Source: a virus
Reading direction: 5' to 3' (one strand)
IMG/VR virus record: IMGVR_UViG_3300044678_002654
Coordinates: 1-64,000 of that record
DNA: 64,000 bases
The notes beneath the pieces were generated by a model, which made no database searches, had not been told where the DNA came from, and saw nothing but the letters and a program-made list of their open reading frames with translations. Shown in pieces: positions 19,130 to 29,400 of this stretch (position 1 is the first letter of the stretch; every line of letters starts with the position of its first letter). The translations under genes were made by a program, and so were the position numbers.

Positions 19130-19845
19130 CGCAGCCGGCTCGCGCGCTGGAGGATCTGCGTGATCATCTGAACTTGGTAGGAGAGCTGACCCTGCGTGAT
19201 GTTGAGCTCGTGCAGGATGTCTGCGCCTTTGCGGATCTTCCGGGTGTCAGGCATGGTTGTCCCGTTGTAACCCGTCCGCATCTCGAAGATCTTCTTCTGT
19301 AGCGGCGTCATGTCGTTGTACGCGAGGTGGATCAGGTCGTCGTCGTTGGCCTGTTGGAAGGTCGGACCTTCCCCCGACTCCATGAACTCCTTGCGCCCAA
19401 CGTTACCCAGAATCTTCTCAATGTGGGGGATCGGAAGCGCAAGATGGTCGGCGAGTTCGGGCATCGTAGGACGCCTGCCAAACTCATCTTCGAGGTCCGC
19501 CTTGGCGCGGTTGATCCGATTGAAGTCAAGACGCTGATGCTCAGGGATTGAGACCGTGCTCTGCCGCTCATAAGCATGCCGGGAGAGCTTTTGAAGCCGC
19601 GCAACGAGGTGCGTTGAGAGTAGAACGCCGCGTGAAGGGTCATACGACTCGAACGCCGCGAGCGCGAGCTTCTTGGCCTCTGAGTCGAGCGCGACCGGGG
19701 AAACGCGCCGCGCGTACTGCTGCGCGTAGTTGCGGATGACCGGCATCATCTGCTTCATCAGCGCTTCGAGGTCGAACTGTGAACGTGACTTGTGCCACTT
19801 CTCCCAGAGGATCAAGTCCTGGTCGCGCGGAAGTGAAGTGTTCAT
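19126..19845 (-). CDS. phage RNA polymerase sigma factor (sigma70 family)
   Basis: Region 2 AFESYDPSRGVLLSTH, region 3 GRRPTMPELADHL, and a C-terminal HTH-like region. Confidence 0.8.
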   Translation of the reverse strand: MNTSLPRDQDLILWEKWHKSRSQFDLEALMKQMMPVIRNYAQQYARRVSPVALDSEAKKLALAAFESYDPSRGVLLSTHLVARLQKLSRHAYERQSTVSIPEHQRLDFNRINRAKADLEDEFGRRPTMPELADHLALPIPHIEKILGNVGRKEFMESGEGPTFQQANDDDLIHLAYNDMTPLQKKIFEMRTGYNGTTMPDTRKIRKGADILHELNITQGQLSYQVQMITQILQRASRLR

Positions 19846-22800
19846 CGTTCGAACCGAATGTTACGGACCCGGTCGGCGTAGGCGAACAAGGACTGCTCCC
19901 AATCGGCGCGCGTCTGGGGATAGTCCTCCGCGACACCGGCCATGTCAGACGCAGGAGACACCGGGGAGTCGGTGTACCCCCGCTCGCTCGGGCTCGGGTT
20001 CGGTCCGGGACCTGGGCGCAGATGACCGATCGTCCGCCAGTAGAGCGCAGAGGGCCTCTCTACGGGCGTGCCTGTCTCTGAACCTGACGTGCTCACGTCA
20101 TTGGAGGCGATGGCGGCGTAGGCGAATGTCGTTACAGGATCACGCAAGATACCCTGCTGTTCGAGCGCGCCGATGGTTTGACCGCCATAGTAGAAGCGGA
20201 TGTACTGCTCCAGCGTGCAGACGGGCCGAGCTGCCCGGTGCATCGCGCTGTGGTACTCTTCAAAGGCGCTGACGTAGTCAGGCAGTGGAGAAAACTCATC
20301 GTTCGGCTCGATGTTGTGGCGCACGCGCGTTGATGTCGTGGACACAACCTGCGGGTTGTAGGGCCGCTGCGCGTTGTCCTGTGCGCCACGGATGAGCGCC
20401 TCCCGCCTGCGCTGAAGCTCCGTTAGCTGCGTCCTTGCTTCCTGCAAGCCCGACGTGTTGCTGCTGCGCATGCCACGCCCGACGTCAACGACGCTGTCGC
20501 TTTCAAGCTCGCGCACGAGAGCTTCCTGCGCGCGGATTGTGGTGTCGAGCTCGCGCACAACCGCAGAGTCAACAGGCTGCGGGGCGTCGGGGTCAACTAC
20601 GGCCCGTCGCGTAATCGTCTCCTCGCTCATCTCGATGGGGACGATGCCTTGCCGCCCTCGGTCCATCCCCACGGCACGCTGAAAGTTGAACGCTGCCGGC
20701 TCTCCGCTCGGCGTGTCCGCGCCGCCGTAGAACAGGCGGCGGTAGTACTCAGTGGCTGGACCTTCGACCTGGATGATCTCACGAATCTCAGGGATGATCT
20801 CGGCGGGCGCAGACGAAACCCGGCGCGCGAAGAGCTCTGCGTCCTGTCGCACATCCGCGAGAAACTCGTAGAAGGTGCGAACAGCGGTGAACGTGAGGCT
20901 CGTCTGCATCGACCCAGGAGGGCCGATCGACGCGGCGTGATTCACTCGGTGAACATACCCCACGACGTGGAACGCTGTGCGCTGCGTGTCGAACACGACC
21001 CCTGGGTAGCCCGCCACGACGTAGGGGTTGAAGCGGAGGTTCACGGCAGAGTTACGCGCGGCGTATCGCTGGTCGAAGTAGGCTTGCTGCGCGTACAGGT
21101 AGAAGGTCTTGGCGAAGGGGTCAGTCTCGCCAGCCAACGCAGCGACGTCTACCTCGGCGCGGAGACCTTGAGGCACGCCTGACGTCGTCGTGCCCGTGAT
21201 GAGGCCAGTCGCAGGAAGCACCGTCTGCGCGCTGTCAGCCGTCGGCCGTTCGATGACACGCGTCGCAGGCGGGCTAGTGGTCTGCGCGTCGGTATTGCCG
21301 GCACCCCCGGGGTCGTCACGATCGTGGACAGGTGACACCTCTCGGCGTTCAGCGCCTGGAGCGGCAGGCACGGGCGCGGTCGCGGGGACCTGTACCTGCA
21401 CGCGCCCCTGCCTCGCGACTTGGCCCACGTCACCAATATACGCGAGTCGTGCGAGCCCGTCGTAGATCTGGCCTCGTTCCTCGTTGTTGCTGATGCCGTC
21501 GTCGAAGAACGAGAGGTTGCTGCCTGATGAGAGCGCTACCTGCCGACACGCTTCGACCTTCTGCATGCCACGAATGAGCGAGTAGTAGGGGTTTCGCCGG
21601 TGGCTCCTCGGCGGGCCAGAAGGAAGGGTCCCACGCTGGCCTGCTTCGTACAGCGCGCGCACCAACGCACCCCACCGTTGTGCGCCGTTGAGCGGCGAGA
21701 GGATGCGGGCGAAGTGCCCAACATGGTGCGCGACGCCTGCGGCGCCCGTCGACCACGCCATCATCATCATGATCAGGGTCCACGGGTCGTCTCCGCCGAC
21801 GGGACGAATGCCCTTGGCCTGTAGCGCAGAAACTACCGAGCGGCGCTTTCCTTCGAGGTTCGATAGGCCGATCGCGAGCTGTGCGTCGAGGTTCCGCCAG
21901 GAGCCCTCCGAAAGCGGCGCGTTGTGTCCGCCGAGCGCTTGACGCACCTTCGGCTTGCTGTGGTGAAGAAACCACGTGTTGGGGGAACTCCGTCCGTGAG
22001 GACACGCCGGAGGATTCGCAGAGGGGTAGGGCAGAGGACCCACTTCTGGCTGCTCGATACCGAGGAGTCCCACGCAGATGAAGTGCGCTTCGAGTGTGTG
22101 CTGCACGTTGGTCCGGGTGTTCTCGTACTGGTCCGCCCCTGAAGAGAATCCGATGAAGAGCTGCGGGGCCACACCGCCTCCAAAGAAGATCGGAGCTTGG
22201 CGGCGGAACTCTGCCCCTTCGGCGCCGTTCCAACGCGTCATATTGCGCGCTCGGTACTCGCTCGCATACGCGTCAGGTCGCCCGTTGCGATAAGAGCGTC
22301 CGCTCGAAGGCCGTGCGGCACCCGCAGGCGGGATGTTGCTCGGTGCGGGTGTACCACCCCCGGTGCCGGGTGTACTACCCCCTGTGACAGGTGGTCTGCC
22401 TGCTGCGGGTGCCGTGTTCGTACCCCCACGGTTGTTCCGCCATTGGATCAACGTCTGAAACCAGCTTGAGAGTTCCATCCGAGCGACCTTGGGGCCCTCG
22501 TAAAACTCGCGCGGCCAGATGAGCAGATTCTTCCCGGTCTCGTGCGACCCAGCCGCTTGGGCCCCGGTCGTTGTTGAAATGCGGTGGTGCATCACCGCGT
22601 TGGCTTCCTCGGGATAGCCGACCGTCAGCGCATGCAGCATCAGCTCGCGGTTCGTGCCGTCAGCGCGGAGAAGGCGCGTCATGACCGAGTCGTTGATGTA
22701 GACGCGGGTGGGCTGGGCCTTGTAGTCCTCCGTCAACGCCCATGAATCGATCATGGAGGGGTAGATGACGTTGCACGCAGGAGGCTGGCCAAAGAGGAAC

Positions 22801-24518
22801 TTCGGCTTGACGCTGTACTGCGCAAGACGCACCGGCGACAGCGGATCCACGCCCTGCAACGCAGGTTGCTGGTTGACGCGGTCCTGCCTCTCACGTTCCG
22901 CTTGCTGTTCGTGCAGACCACGGACACGTGCTTGTTCCGCACGGAATGCTTGGACGCGGGCGCCGACGCGAGTCTGCGTCACCACGGCGATCCCTTGGCT
23001 ACCGTCTTGACCTTGTGCCGGTAGGTCCGCGAGCCCCGCAGGGGTCTGGTTCGTTCGGTAGAGTGTCTCTCGGTAATGGTTGATCATACCGACCGAGAAG
23101 CCGCTCTCGTCCGGCTGAGGAAGCCTGCCGTCCCGTTGAACCGCTCGCGCGATGGCGACGTCGTACGTCGTGATCTCGTGTGTCTCGCTCGCGGCGCGGT
23201 CCTGGTCGGAGAGTAGATTGACAGGGTCACGATCTGCGTGAGGCAACGCGTTGAGCGTCCCACGGTAATGCTCGATCGCCTGCTGCGCCTCCCTTGCCGT
23301 GCTCTGTGTGACCCTCTCCTCTTGTGAGGTCGTACGGCCCCCTGCGCCGTCTCCGACGTCGAAAGTAGACGTTGTCCGCGTGTGTCCGATCTGGTCTTGC
23401 ACCTCGCGAACCGTGGGCTCTCGCCCGAACTCGATCGCCATACGCGCGATACGCTCATCAAGCGCATTGGCCTGCGCAGGCCGCGCAGCTCGACGGTTTT
23501 CGACGCGGGCCGCTTGTCCGGGGTTGCGGATATCGACGAGAGACGTCGCGTTCTCCAGCAGACGCAGGATCTTGCCGTCTTGCTCCGGGTCGAGCGCCAC
23601 CTGGACGCAAGCCGGGTTGGGGATCATCGAGATCTCCATGTGCACAAGGCGCAAGACGTGCTGGAAGAGGTCCCACACAGGCCCTGAGTTCGCGATCGGA
23701 GACGCGGTGTGGCGCTGCATCGCCAAGAGCGCTTGGTCGTTGCGAGCGGCCTCGAAGATCGGAAAGACTCCCCGGCGCTCCGCCAGCGTTTCGCGGTCCT
23801 CGAAGATCGGGAGACGCACCCACCGGTTGTGGAAGTTCGTCTGCCGGATATGCCTCGCGAAGAAGTTCATCATCGGCAGCGCGCGCCGCTCGTTGGGCAC
23901 CTCTTTGCCGATCGTCCCACGGATCACGTTGTAGACGAACTCGAAGGGCGCCTTGATGATCTCCTGCGGATTGGGCGACGCGTTCGTGTTGCGGTTGTTG
24001 GTCGCGTCCGCGTCTGCTTGCGAAACGAGCAGGCCACGATGAAACAGGGATGCCGGATAGGAGAGCCCCTGCGTCACAAAGCCGCTCGCCTGGAGCGAAG
24101 GATCTTGCCCGGCGACCACATCCTCAACAGAGGACATGAAGTAGAAGTAGAGCTGCTGGAAGATGTGAATGTGCGCGATGCAGTCGAAGCTCATCGCCCG
24201 GCCGTTGGGCGTGTTCTGAAACTGCCAGCCCACGATCTCGCCGTCGCACAGGAGGCACCACTTCGGGTGCTCGGGGTCGAACCATTGGTCAAGGTAGAAG
24301 ATCGCGACCTCGACGAGGTCCTCGTTGCCGAGGCGCATGAGCGTCACATCGGGGACGAGCTGGATCTGAAACTGGGGGATGGTCCAGACGCCGTGTGTGA
24401 CGTTGAACCCTTGGATCGGCACCGCGATGCGGTTGATGTAGCAGATCCAAGCCCCGGTATAGGCCGGGTTTGTCGTGAAGACCGAGCCGCTTCGCGCGGC
24501 GGTCGGGTCGTTGGCCAT
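19842..24518 (-). CDS. large baseplate hub-like protein with inserted domains
   Basis: 1558 aa. N-terminal hub-like region, PPACNVIYP and FNPYVVAGYPG motifs, and Pro/Gly linkers flanking an inserted globular domain. Confidence 0.6.
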   Translation of the reverse strand: MANDPTAARSGSVFTTNPAYTGAWICYINRIAVPIQGFNVTHGVWTIPQFQIQLVPDVTLMRLGNEDLVEVAIFYLDQWFDPEHPKWCLLCDGEIVGWQFQNTPNGRAMSFDCIAHIHIFQQLYFYFMSSVEDVVAGQDPSLQASGFVTQGLSYPASLFHRGLLVSQADADATNNRNTNASPNPQEIIKAPFEFVYNVIRGTIGKEVPNERRALPMMNFFARHIRQTNFHNRWVRLPIFEDRETLAERRGVFPIFEAARNDQALLAMQRHTASPIANSGPVWDLFQHVLRLVHMEISMIPNPACVQVALDPEQDGKILRLLENATSLVDIRNPGQAARVENRRAARPAQANALDERIARMAIEFGREPTVREVQDQIGHTRTTSTFDVGDGAGGRTTSQEERVTQSTAREAQQAIEHYRGTLNALPHADRDPVNLLSDQDRAASETHEITTYDVAIARAVQRDGRLPQPDESGFSVGMINHYRETLYRTNQTPAGLADLPAQGQDGSQGIAVVTQTRVGARVQAFRAEQARVRGLHEQQAERERQDRVNQQPALQGVDPLSPVRLAQYSVKPKFLFGQPPACNVIYPSMIDSWALTEDYKAQPTRVYINDSVMTRLLRADGTNRELMLHALTVGYPEEANAVMHHRISTTTGAQAAGSHETGKNLLIWPREFYEGPKVARMELSSWFQTLIQWRNNRGGTNTAPAAGRPPVTGGSTPGTGGGTPAPSNIPPAGAARPSSGRSYRNGRPDAYASEYRARNMTRWNGAEGAEFRRQAPIFFGGGVAPQLFIGFSSGADQYENTRTNVQHTLEAHFICVGLLGIEQPEVGPLPYPSANPPACPHGRSSPNTWFLHHSKPKVRQALGGHNAPLSEGSWRNLDAQLAIGLSNLEGKRRSVVSALQAKGIRPVGGDDPWTLIMMMMAWSTGAAGVAHHVGHFARILSPLNGAQRWGALVRALYEAGQRGTLPSGPPRSHRRNPYYSLIRGMQKVEACRQVALSSGSNLSFFDDGISNNEERGQIYDGLARLAYIGDVGQVARQGRVQVQVPATAPVPAAPGAERREVSPVHDRDDPGGAGNTDAQTTSPPATRVIERPTADSAQTVLPATGLITGTTTSGVPQGLRAEVDVAALAGETDPFAKTFYLYAQQAYFDQRYAARNSAVNLRFNPYVVAGYPGVVFDTQRTAFHVVGYVHRVNHAASIGPPGSMQTSLTFTAVRTFYEFLADVRQDAELFARRVSSAPAEIIPEIREIIQVEGPATEYYRRLFYGGADTPSGEPAAFNFQRAVGMDRGRQGIVPIEMSEETITRRAVVDPDAPQPVDSAVVRELDTTIRAQEALVRELESDSVVDVGRGMRSSNTSGLQEARTQLTELQRRREALIRGAQDNAQRPYNPQVVSTTSTRVRHNIEPNDEFSPLPDYVSAFEEYHSAMHRAARPVCTLEQYIRFYYGGQTIGALEQQGILRDPVTTFAYAAIASNDVSTSGSETGTPVERPSALYWRTIGHLRPGPGPNPSPSERGYTDSPVSPASDMAGVAEDYPQTRADWEQSLFAYADRVRNIRFER

Positions 24519-24527
24519 CCCCGAAGG

Positions 24528-25304
24528 TTACACTGACAGCGCCTCAACCGCGAGCAGCAGCGCGAGGCACACGGCGCCGACACGCTCTTGTGGGTACATA
24601 GCGTCATGAGACCGTGCGACGACCTCAACCGTTTCGGGCGCGACGCTGAGCGCCAGGAGTTCTTCTTGCGCACGCGGCCAAAGGAAGGCGAATCCGGTTA
24701 CGACTGCGTCGACTTCGTCTACAGCGGCGACCTCAGTCGGGAGAAGGACATCGATCGCTTCGTGCACCGTGGCCTGCTGCGCAGGGAGCAACGACACGAG
24801 TTGGCAGCGTTTCACGCGGTGAACAAGGGCCACTTGGAAAGACCCGTTCCCTTGCCCGAACGCACCGAGGAGCGACCGGCGATAGATCTCAAGGGAGTGG
24901 CATGACGCTGGAAAAGAGGCATCTACGCGCATGTCACGCAAAGATTGATCACGTAGTGAGCTCGCCGGCAGCATCGAGAAGAAGCGCGTCTCGTATACCG
25001 TTTCAGGCGTTACGGTACCAGTGCTCACGACCCTGACGACAATAGGCGTACCAGGGGAAAAGTGCCGCCGACGACGAAGCGTGACAACGATGAGCGTGTT
25101 CGACGTCGTGGCGGTGCCGCGCACCTCTGGCGGGTGAAACACGTGGAAACCGCTGTCGTACTCGAACCCGAGAACACCGTCGATGTAGATGTTGACGCGT
25201 GAGAGATTCTCCGCAGTAGCTTGCACGGTCACGGTCACAGGCGCGTCAACGGCGATGCCGACGCTGTCGGGGCTTGGGCTACGCAGGGCTGTAGATAGGC
25301 TCAC
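24528..25304 (-). CDS. hypothetical virion protein (N-terminal Ig-like domain)
   Basis: 258 aa in the tail operon. Confidence 0.6.
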   Translation of the reverse strand: MSLSTALRSPSPDSVGIAVDAPVTVTVQATAENLSRVNIYIDGVLGFEYDSGFHVFHPPEVRGTATTSNTLIVVTLRRRRHFSPGTPIVVRVVSTGTVTPETVYETRFFSMLPASSLRDQSLRDMRVDASFPASCHSLEIYRRSLLGAFGQGNGSFQVALVHRVKRCQLVSLLPAQQATVHEAIDVLLPTEVAAVDEVDAVVTGFAFLWPRAQEELLALSVAPETVEVVARSHDAMYPQERVGAVCLALLLAVEALSV

Positions 25305-26296
25305 GTATGTGCTCCACTGCGGCGAGGTGTTGCAGCCGGGCGATTGACGGTTTCAGGTCGCGCGTTCACGCGAACAGATGCGGGTACGGTAGCAGGTGTT
25401 GCCGCAGGCGTCGGAGCGGGGTTGACGATGGGCTCAGGTGATGCCGTCGGTGGTGAAGACACAGTGCGTGGATCGACTGGCGCCGGCACTGCCGAGAGCT
25501 CGGCGTTCACAGGCGTGGTAGCAGTGACAGCCGTCGTCGTGCGCTCACGAGCCGCCGTCCGAGCAGGGCCAGCGGCGTTCGGGTCGTCCGAGAAGTCCGA
25601 GGCGGGAACCGTTGGCTTCCAGTTCTGCTCGTAGTGGATGATGCGGATCTCCCGCACGAGGAGCTGGAAGCTGAAATCGACCTTGTTTTGTAGCTCGGAG
25701 CTGTGCCCGAGCTGAATGTTCACCATCGCCCCTTGCACGATGTAGGCGCCATACCGCAGGGCTACGACCTTCTGCCGTTTGGCGACCTGCGCGAGGCGCA
25801 GGATGTGGACGTACAGGCGGTAGAAGTTCGTCGCCTGATCGTCCTGTCGCGTGTTGAGGAGCAGGCCCGAGTAAGGGAAGACAGGCGGCTCCTGGTCGAA
25901 GGAGTAGACGACGTAGTTCCCCTCAAGGGTTGGCGCGACCTGATAGTTCTCGCGCAGGACATGCACGGCGCTCTGAAGGAAGAAGTCGACGTAGCCGGTG
26001 CTCGCGTTCGAGCGCTGTTCTCGCTGCCCCGCGTCACCAGACGGCGCAGGTTCAGCGACGGATAGCGCCCTGAGCCCTGTCACCTGAGGAGCGAGTCGCT
26101 CTTGGACAAAGGAGTCACCGATCGAGCGCAAGAACGTGTCGCGTTCGCCTGGGTCGACTCGCATGAAGATCTTGGCGAGAGTATCCCGATGGTTCTCGTC
26201 ACGACGGAGACCTTCATTGATCGCGTACAAGGGCGTCGCGCCCTTGATGTCGTCGTTGAACTGTCCGCGCAGTCCTACCTCTGTAGAGCGGCTCAC
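25301..26296 (-). CDS. putative tail tube initiator/baseplate protein
   Basis: 331 aa downstream of the tape measure. Tube-like beta pattern (FFLQSA..., YSGLLLN, FSFQLLV) with a Pro/Thr/Ala tail. Confidence 0.55.
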   Translation of the reverse strand: MSRSTEVGLRGQFNDDIKGATPLYAINEGLRRDENHRDTLAKIFMRVDPGERDTFLRSIGDSFVQERLAPQVTGLRALSVAEPAPSGDAGQREQRSNASTGYVDFFLQSAVHVLRENYQVAPTLEGNYVVYSFDQEPPVFPYSGLLLNTRQDDQATNFYRLYVHILRLAQVAKRQKVVALRYGAYIVQGAMVNIQLGHSSELQNKVDFSFQLLVREIRIIHYEQNWKPTVPASDFSDDPNAAGPARTAARERTTTAVTATTPVNAELSAVPAPVDPRTVSSPPTASPEPIVNPAPTPAATPATVPASVRVNARPETVNRPAATPRRSGAHT

Positions 26297-26478
26297 TTCT
26301 CCTCCTCGACCATGACGAGAGGCCCAAGCTCACCCGTCACGAGGCGTGCGAGCTGAAAGGTAGAAGGCATCGTCACTGAAGGCGTCCTTGCCTTGAGGAA
26401 GTTCGAGATCACGTTGTGCACGGTCTCACCGACAAGCTCGACCCCGTTCGGGAGCGCTACACGTTGCTTGACGCTCAT
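26293..26478 (-). CDS. small hypothetical protein
   Basis: 61 aa, translationally coupled on both sides. Confidence 0.55.
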   Translation of the reverse strand: MSVKQRVALPNGVELVGETVHNVISNFLKARTPSVTMPSTFQLARLVTGELGPLVMVEEEK

Positions 26479-29400
26479 CAGCCGCCTCCCATCAGGTTCT
26501 GCATGCTGTTCCCTTCGACCACGCTGGCGAGCTGCCTCGTGACGTCACGTAGATTACGTGTGACCTCGGCGAGCTGGTCCATCTGTCCGCCGACGCCCAT
26601 ACCTCGCGCCTCGTTCTGCGTGTCATTGATGGCGCTTTCACTGCGTGAAGCGTCACGGTCTGACCCGGTGCCGCGCGCCATCTCGCGCCGCGCGAAGTCT
26701 TCCTTGTCATCGAAGACCGACTGGTCGAGCGAGAAGAGGCGGCCGTACCAAGTGCTGTTGTACCTGCGCTCAGCGCTCTCCCCGGTTCGACCTCGTCGCT
26801 CGGCCGCTCCGGCGAGCTGGCTCAATGCCGAACGGTCTCCCCGATTCGCGGCCTCGATGAGGCGTCTCTGCGACCCGCTAGCCTGAGAAAGCAGGTCTTG
26901 ATTACCGGCGATGCGCGCGATGTTCTGTTGCAGCCGGCTCGGGTCCTGCTCGGTCACCCCTTCGTAAAGGTGAGCGTTGAATCCTCCTTCTTGCGCGAGA
27001 GACTCTGCGCCGAGGCCAAGACGATGCTGATAGCGTCGTGAGATGCTCCCGGTGTCAACTGCGGTCTGATCGTCAAGAAGTTGCGCCCCGCTCACGTTGC
27101 GGCGGAGCATGTCTGCGCCTGCGCGCTGTGTCGCGTTGTCGTTGCGCTGCGCGTTGTTCGTGATCTGCATCTGCGCTCGAAACGCGTTCTTCTCTTCTTC
27201 CGAGAGGTTCCCGTTGCGGAAGAGCGTCTCCTGAACCTCGCGGATGCGCCGGTTGGCGAGCTCCCCCTGTTCGCCTCCACCTGTCGACTGGCGCTGCGCC
27301 TGGAGCGCCCTGATGACCGTGAGCGCGTTCCGGCTGCGCGTCTGCGTCTCTCCGCGCCCGACGCCTTCAGAAGTGTCAGAGAGCGTGTCCATGGCGCGTC
27401 GGCGGTAGACATCGTTTGCGCCGTCACCGAGTAGCCTGCCATAGACCCTGCGCTCGTCTGCTTCGACGTCAGACCCGCCGCCCGTGCGCAAGCGTTGCCC
27501 GATCTGGATCGCGTCGTTCATGCGAGCGAGGCCGCGTTCGTCCATGTAGGCACGGGCGTCGAGCGAAGCCGCCTGGGTGAGCTGGCTGCTGTGCTCGTCA
27601 AAGTACTGATCAGCCCGGCCACGATCCCAACCCTGCTCGGCCGCAGAGCGGGTGAACGCCGCACGGATCTGAGCCTGCGACATGATCCTGCCGCCCGTGA
27701 CGTTGCCGGAATCAGCGATGCCATACGTGAAATGACGAACGCCAGCCCGCACGGCCATGTTCGCGGCGCCACCGACGACGGTACCGCCGAGACCTGATTG
27801 CGCCTCTGAGGCTGCATTGCCGAGGTGCATGCCAAACCCAGTGAGCATCCTCTCGTCCACGCCGTCACGACCAACGGCGCCTCGCGCGGCCATCACCTCG
27901 TCATTGGACGAATAGAGGAGCCGTTGCCCGGTGCGGCCAAGCCGCTGCATGTTGCGGATCTCCTCCGCTCTCGTAGCGTCGCTGCCGAAGGTCGCGCTGA
28001 TCGCCGAGCCAGCGCCCGCGAGGAGACCGGCCGCACCGCTGGCTTGATAGATCGCGCGATCGGCTTGGAATCGCGAACCCCAAGAGAGGCTCGATTCACC
28101 GCGTGAAACGGGGTTGCGCAGTAGCGAATCGACGTTGTCACGCGTGTAGTTTTCGTAGCGTTCCCGCGACTGAACTGACCCGAGCGAACCTCCCGCATAC
28201 GGGCTTCCGTGAACAAGGGAGTCGTAGCCCTGTCGAAGACCTTCGCGCGCGTTTCGATAGCCTTGGCGTCCTGCGCCGAAAACTGCGCTCTCGCTGGCGA
28301 TATCATCCCCGATGCCAGGACGGAGCGCCTCGATGTTGCGAAGCTCAACGGCTCGGCGCTCACGACGAAGCGACTCGACTTGGTCGTGCTGTCGGTCGTA
28401 GTAGTCGCCAGACCCAAGCTCTTGCGCCCTCGCAAGAGATTGCGTGCGATCTAGGCCCATCGCCTGCCCGGCCATGATGAAGCCCGCCGCGCCTCGGTGG
28501 CCCATCCGGTTGGCGAACCCCATGATCTGGCGGTCCTCCATTCCGCGCCTCGCGAACGGTCCTTGCGCCTCCATCGCACGACCGATGGTGTCCTGGAGGA
28601 GCGGCTGTGCCCCAATGGCAAGCCCCAGACCCTCGATACCCATGGAGCCGGTCATGCCCGACAGCGCGCCGACACCATGGCCGGGCATGTCGAAGACGTT
28701 CGCGCTGCCTCCGATAAGCCCACGCATGCGCCCGAGGTCCAGGCCGCCGCGACCGTTCATCATGCCCGGCGCGAGCATCGGCATCTGGAGGAACGACGCC
28801 GAAAACATGTTCGAGAGGTTCGAGAGCCCCTCGTGGCCCCCCATCATCGACATCATCTGCGGGGAGACCGCCCCCGTGAGCTGTGCGCTACGCGCGAGGG
28901 CGTAGTTCCCCATGCCGGCCTGATAGCCGAGACCCTGTGAAAGCCCCATCGCGCCGTAGGTCTGTGACCCAAGCGCTCCGCCCACGGCCGACATCTGCTC
29001 GAAGGAGGTACCCGCCATGCGAGCCCACGCGCGACCGTTGCCCACCGCGCGCATGGTCTCAGAGAGGTTGAGACCGGAAGACTGCATGCGCCCCATCGTC
29101 TCGATGGCGCGCTGGACGTCAGGCTCGTTGGCGAGCTCCATGAAGACCGAGAGGCTCTTGGAGAGGTCGCGAACACGAGAGACGATCTGATCAGGGCTCT
29201 GTGCGCCGTTGAGCAGCCCCTCGCGCCCTCCGAGCTGCGAGATCTTCATCACGTCAGATCGGTTGAACTTCTCCTGTGTGTCAGCCTGGAATCGGCTGGA
29301 CCCTGAGAGGTCTTCGAGCATACGCGCCGTACGCAGCGACGCCATGTGCGAGAGGCCGCTGCCCGACTGATGTCCGAACTCCCCGCCGTTGACGAAGCCT

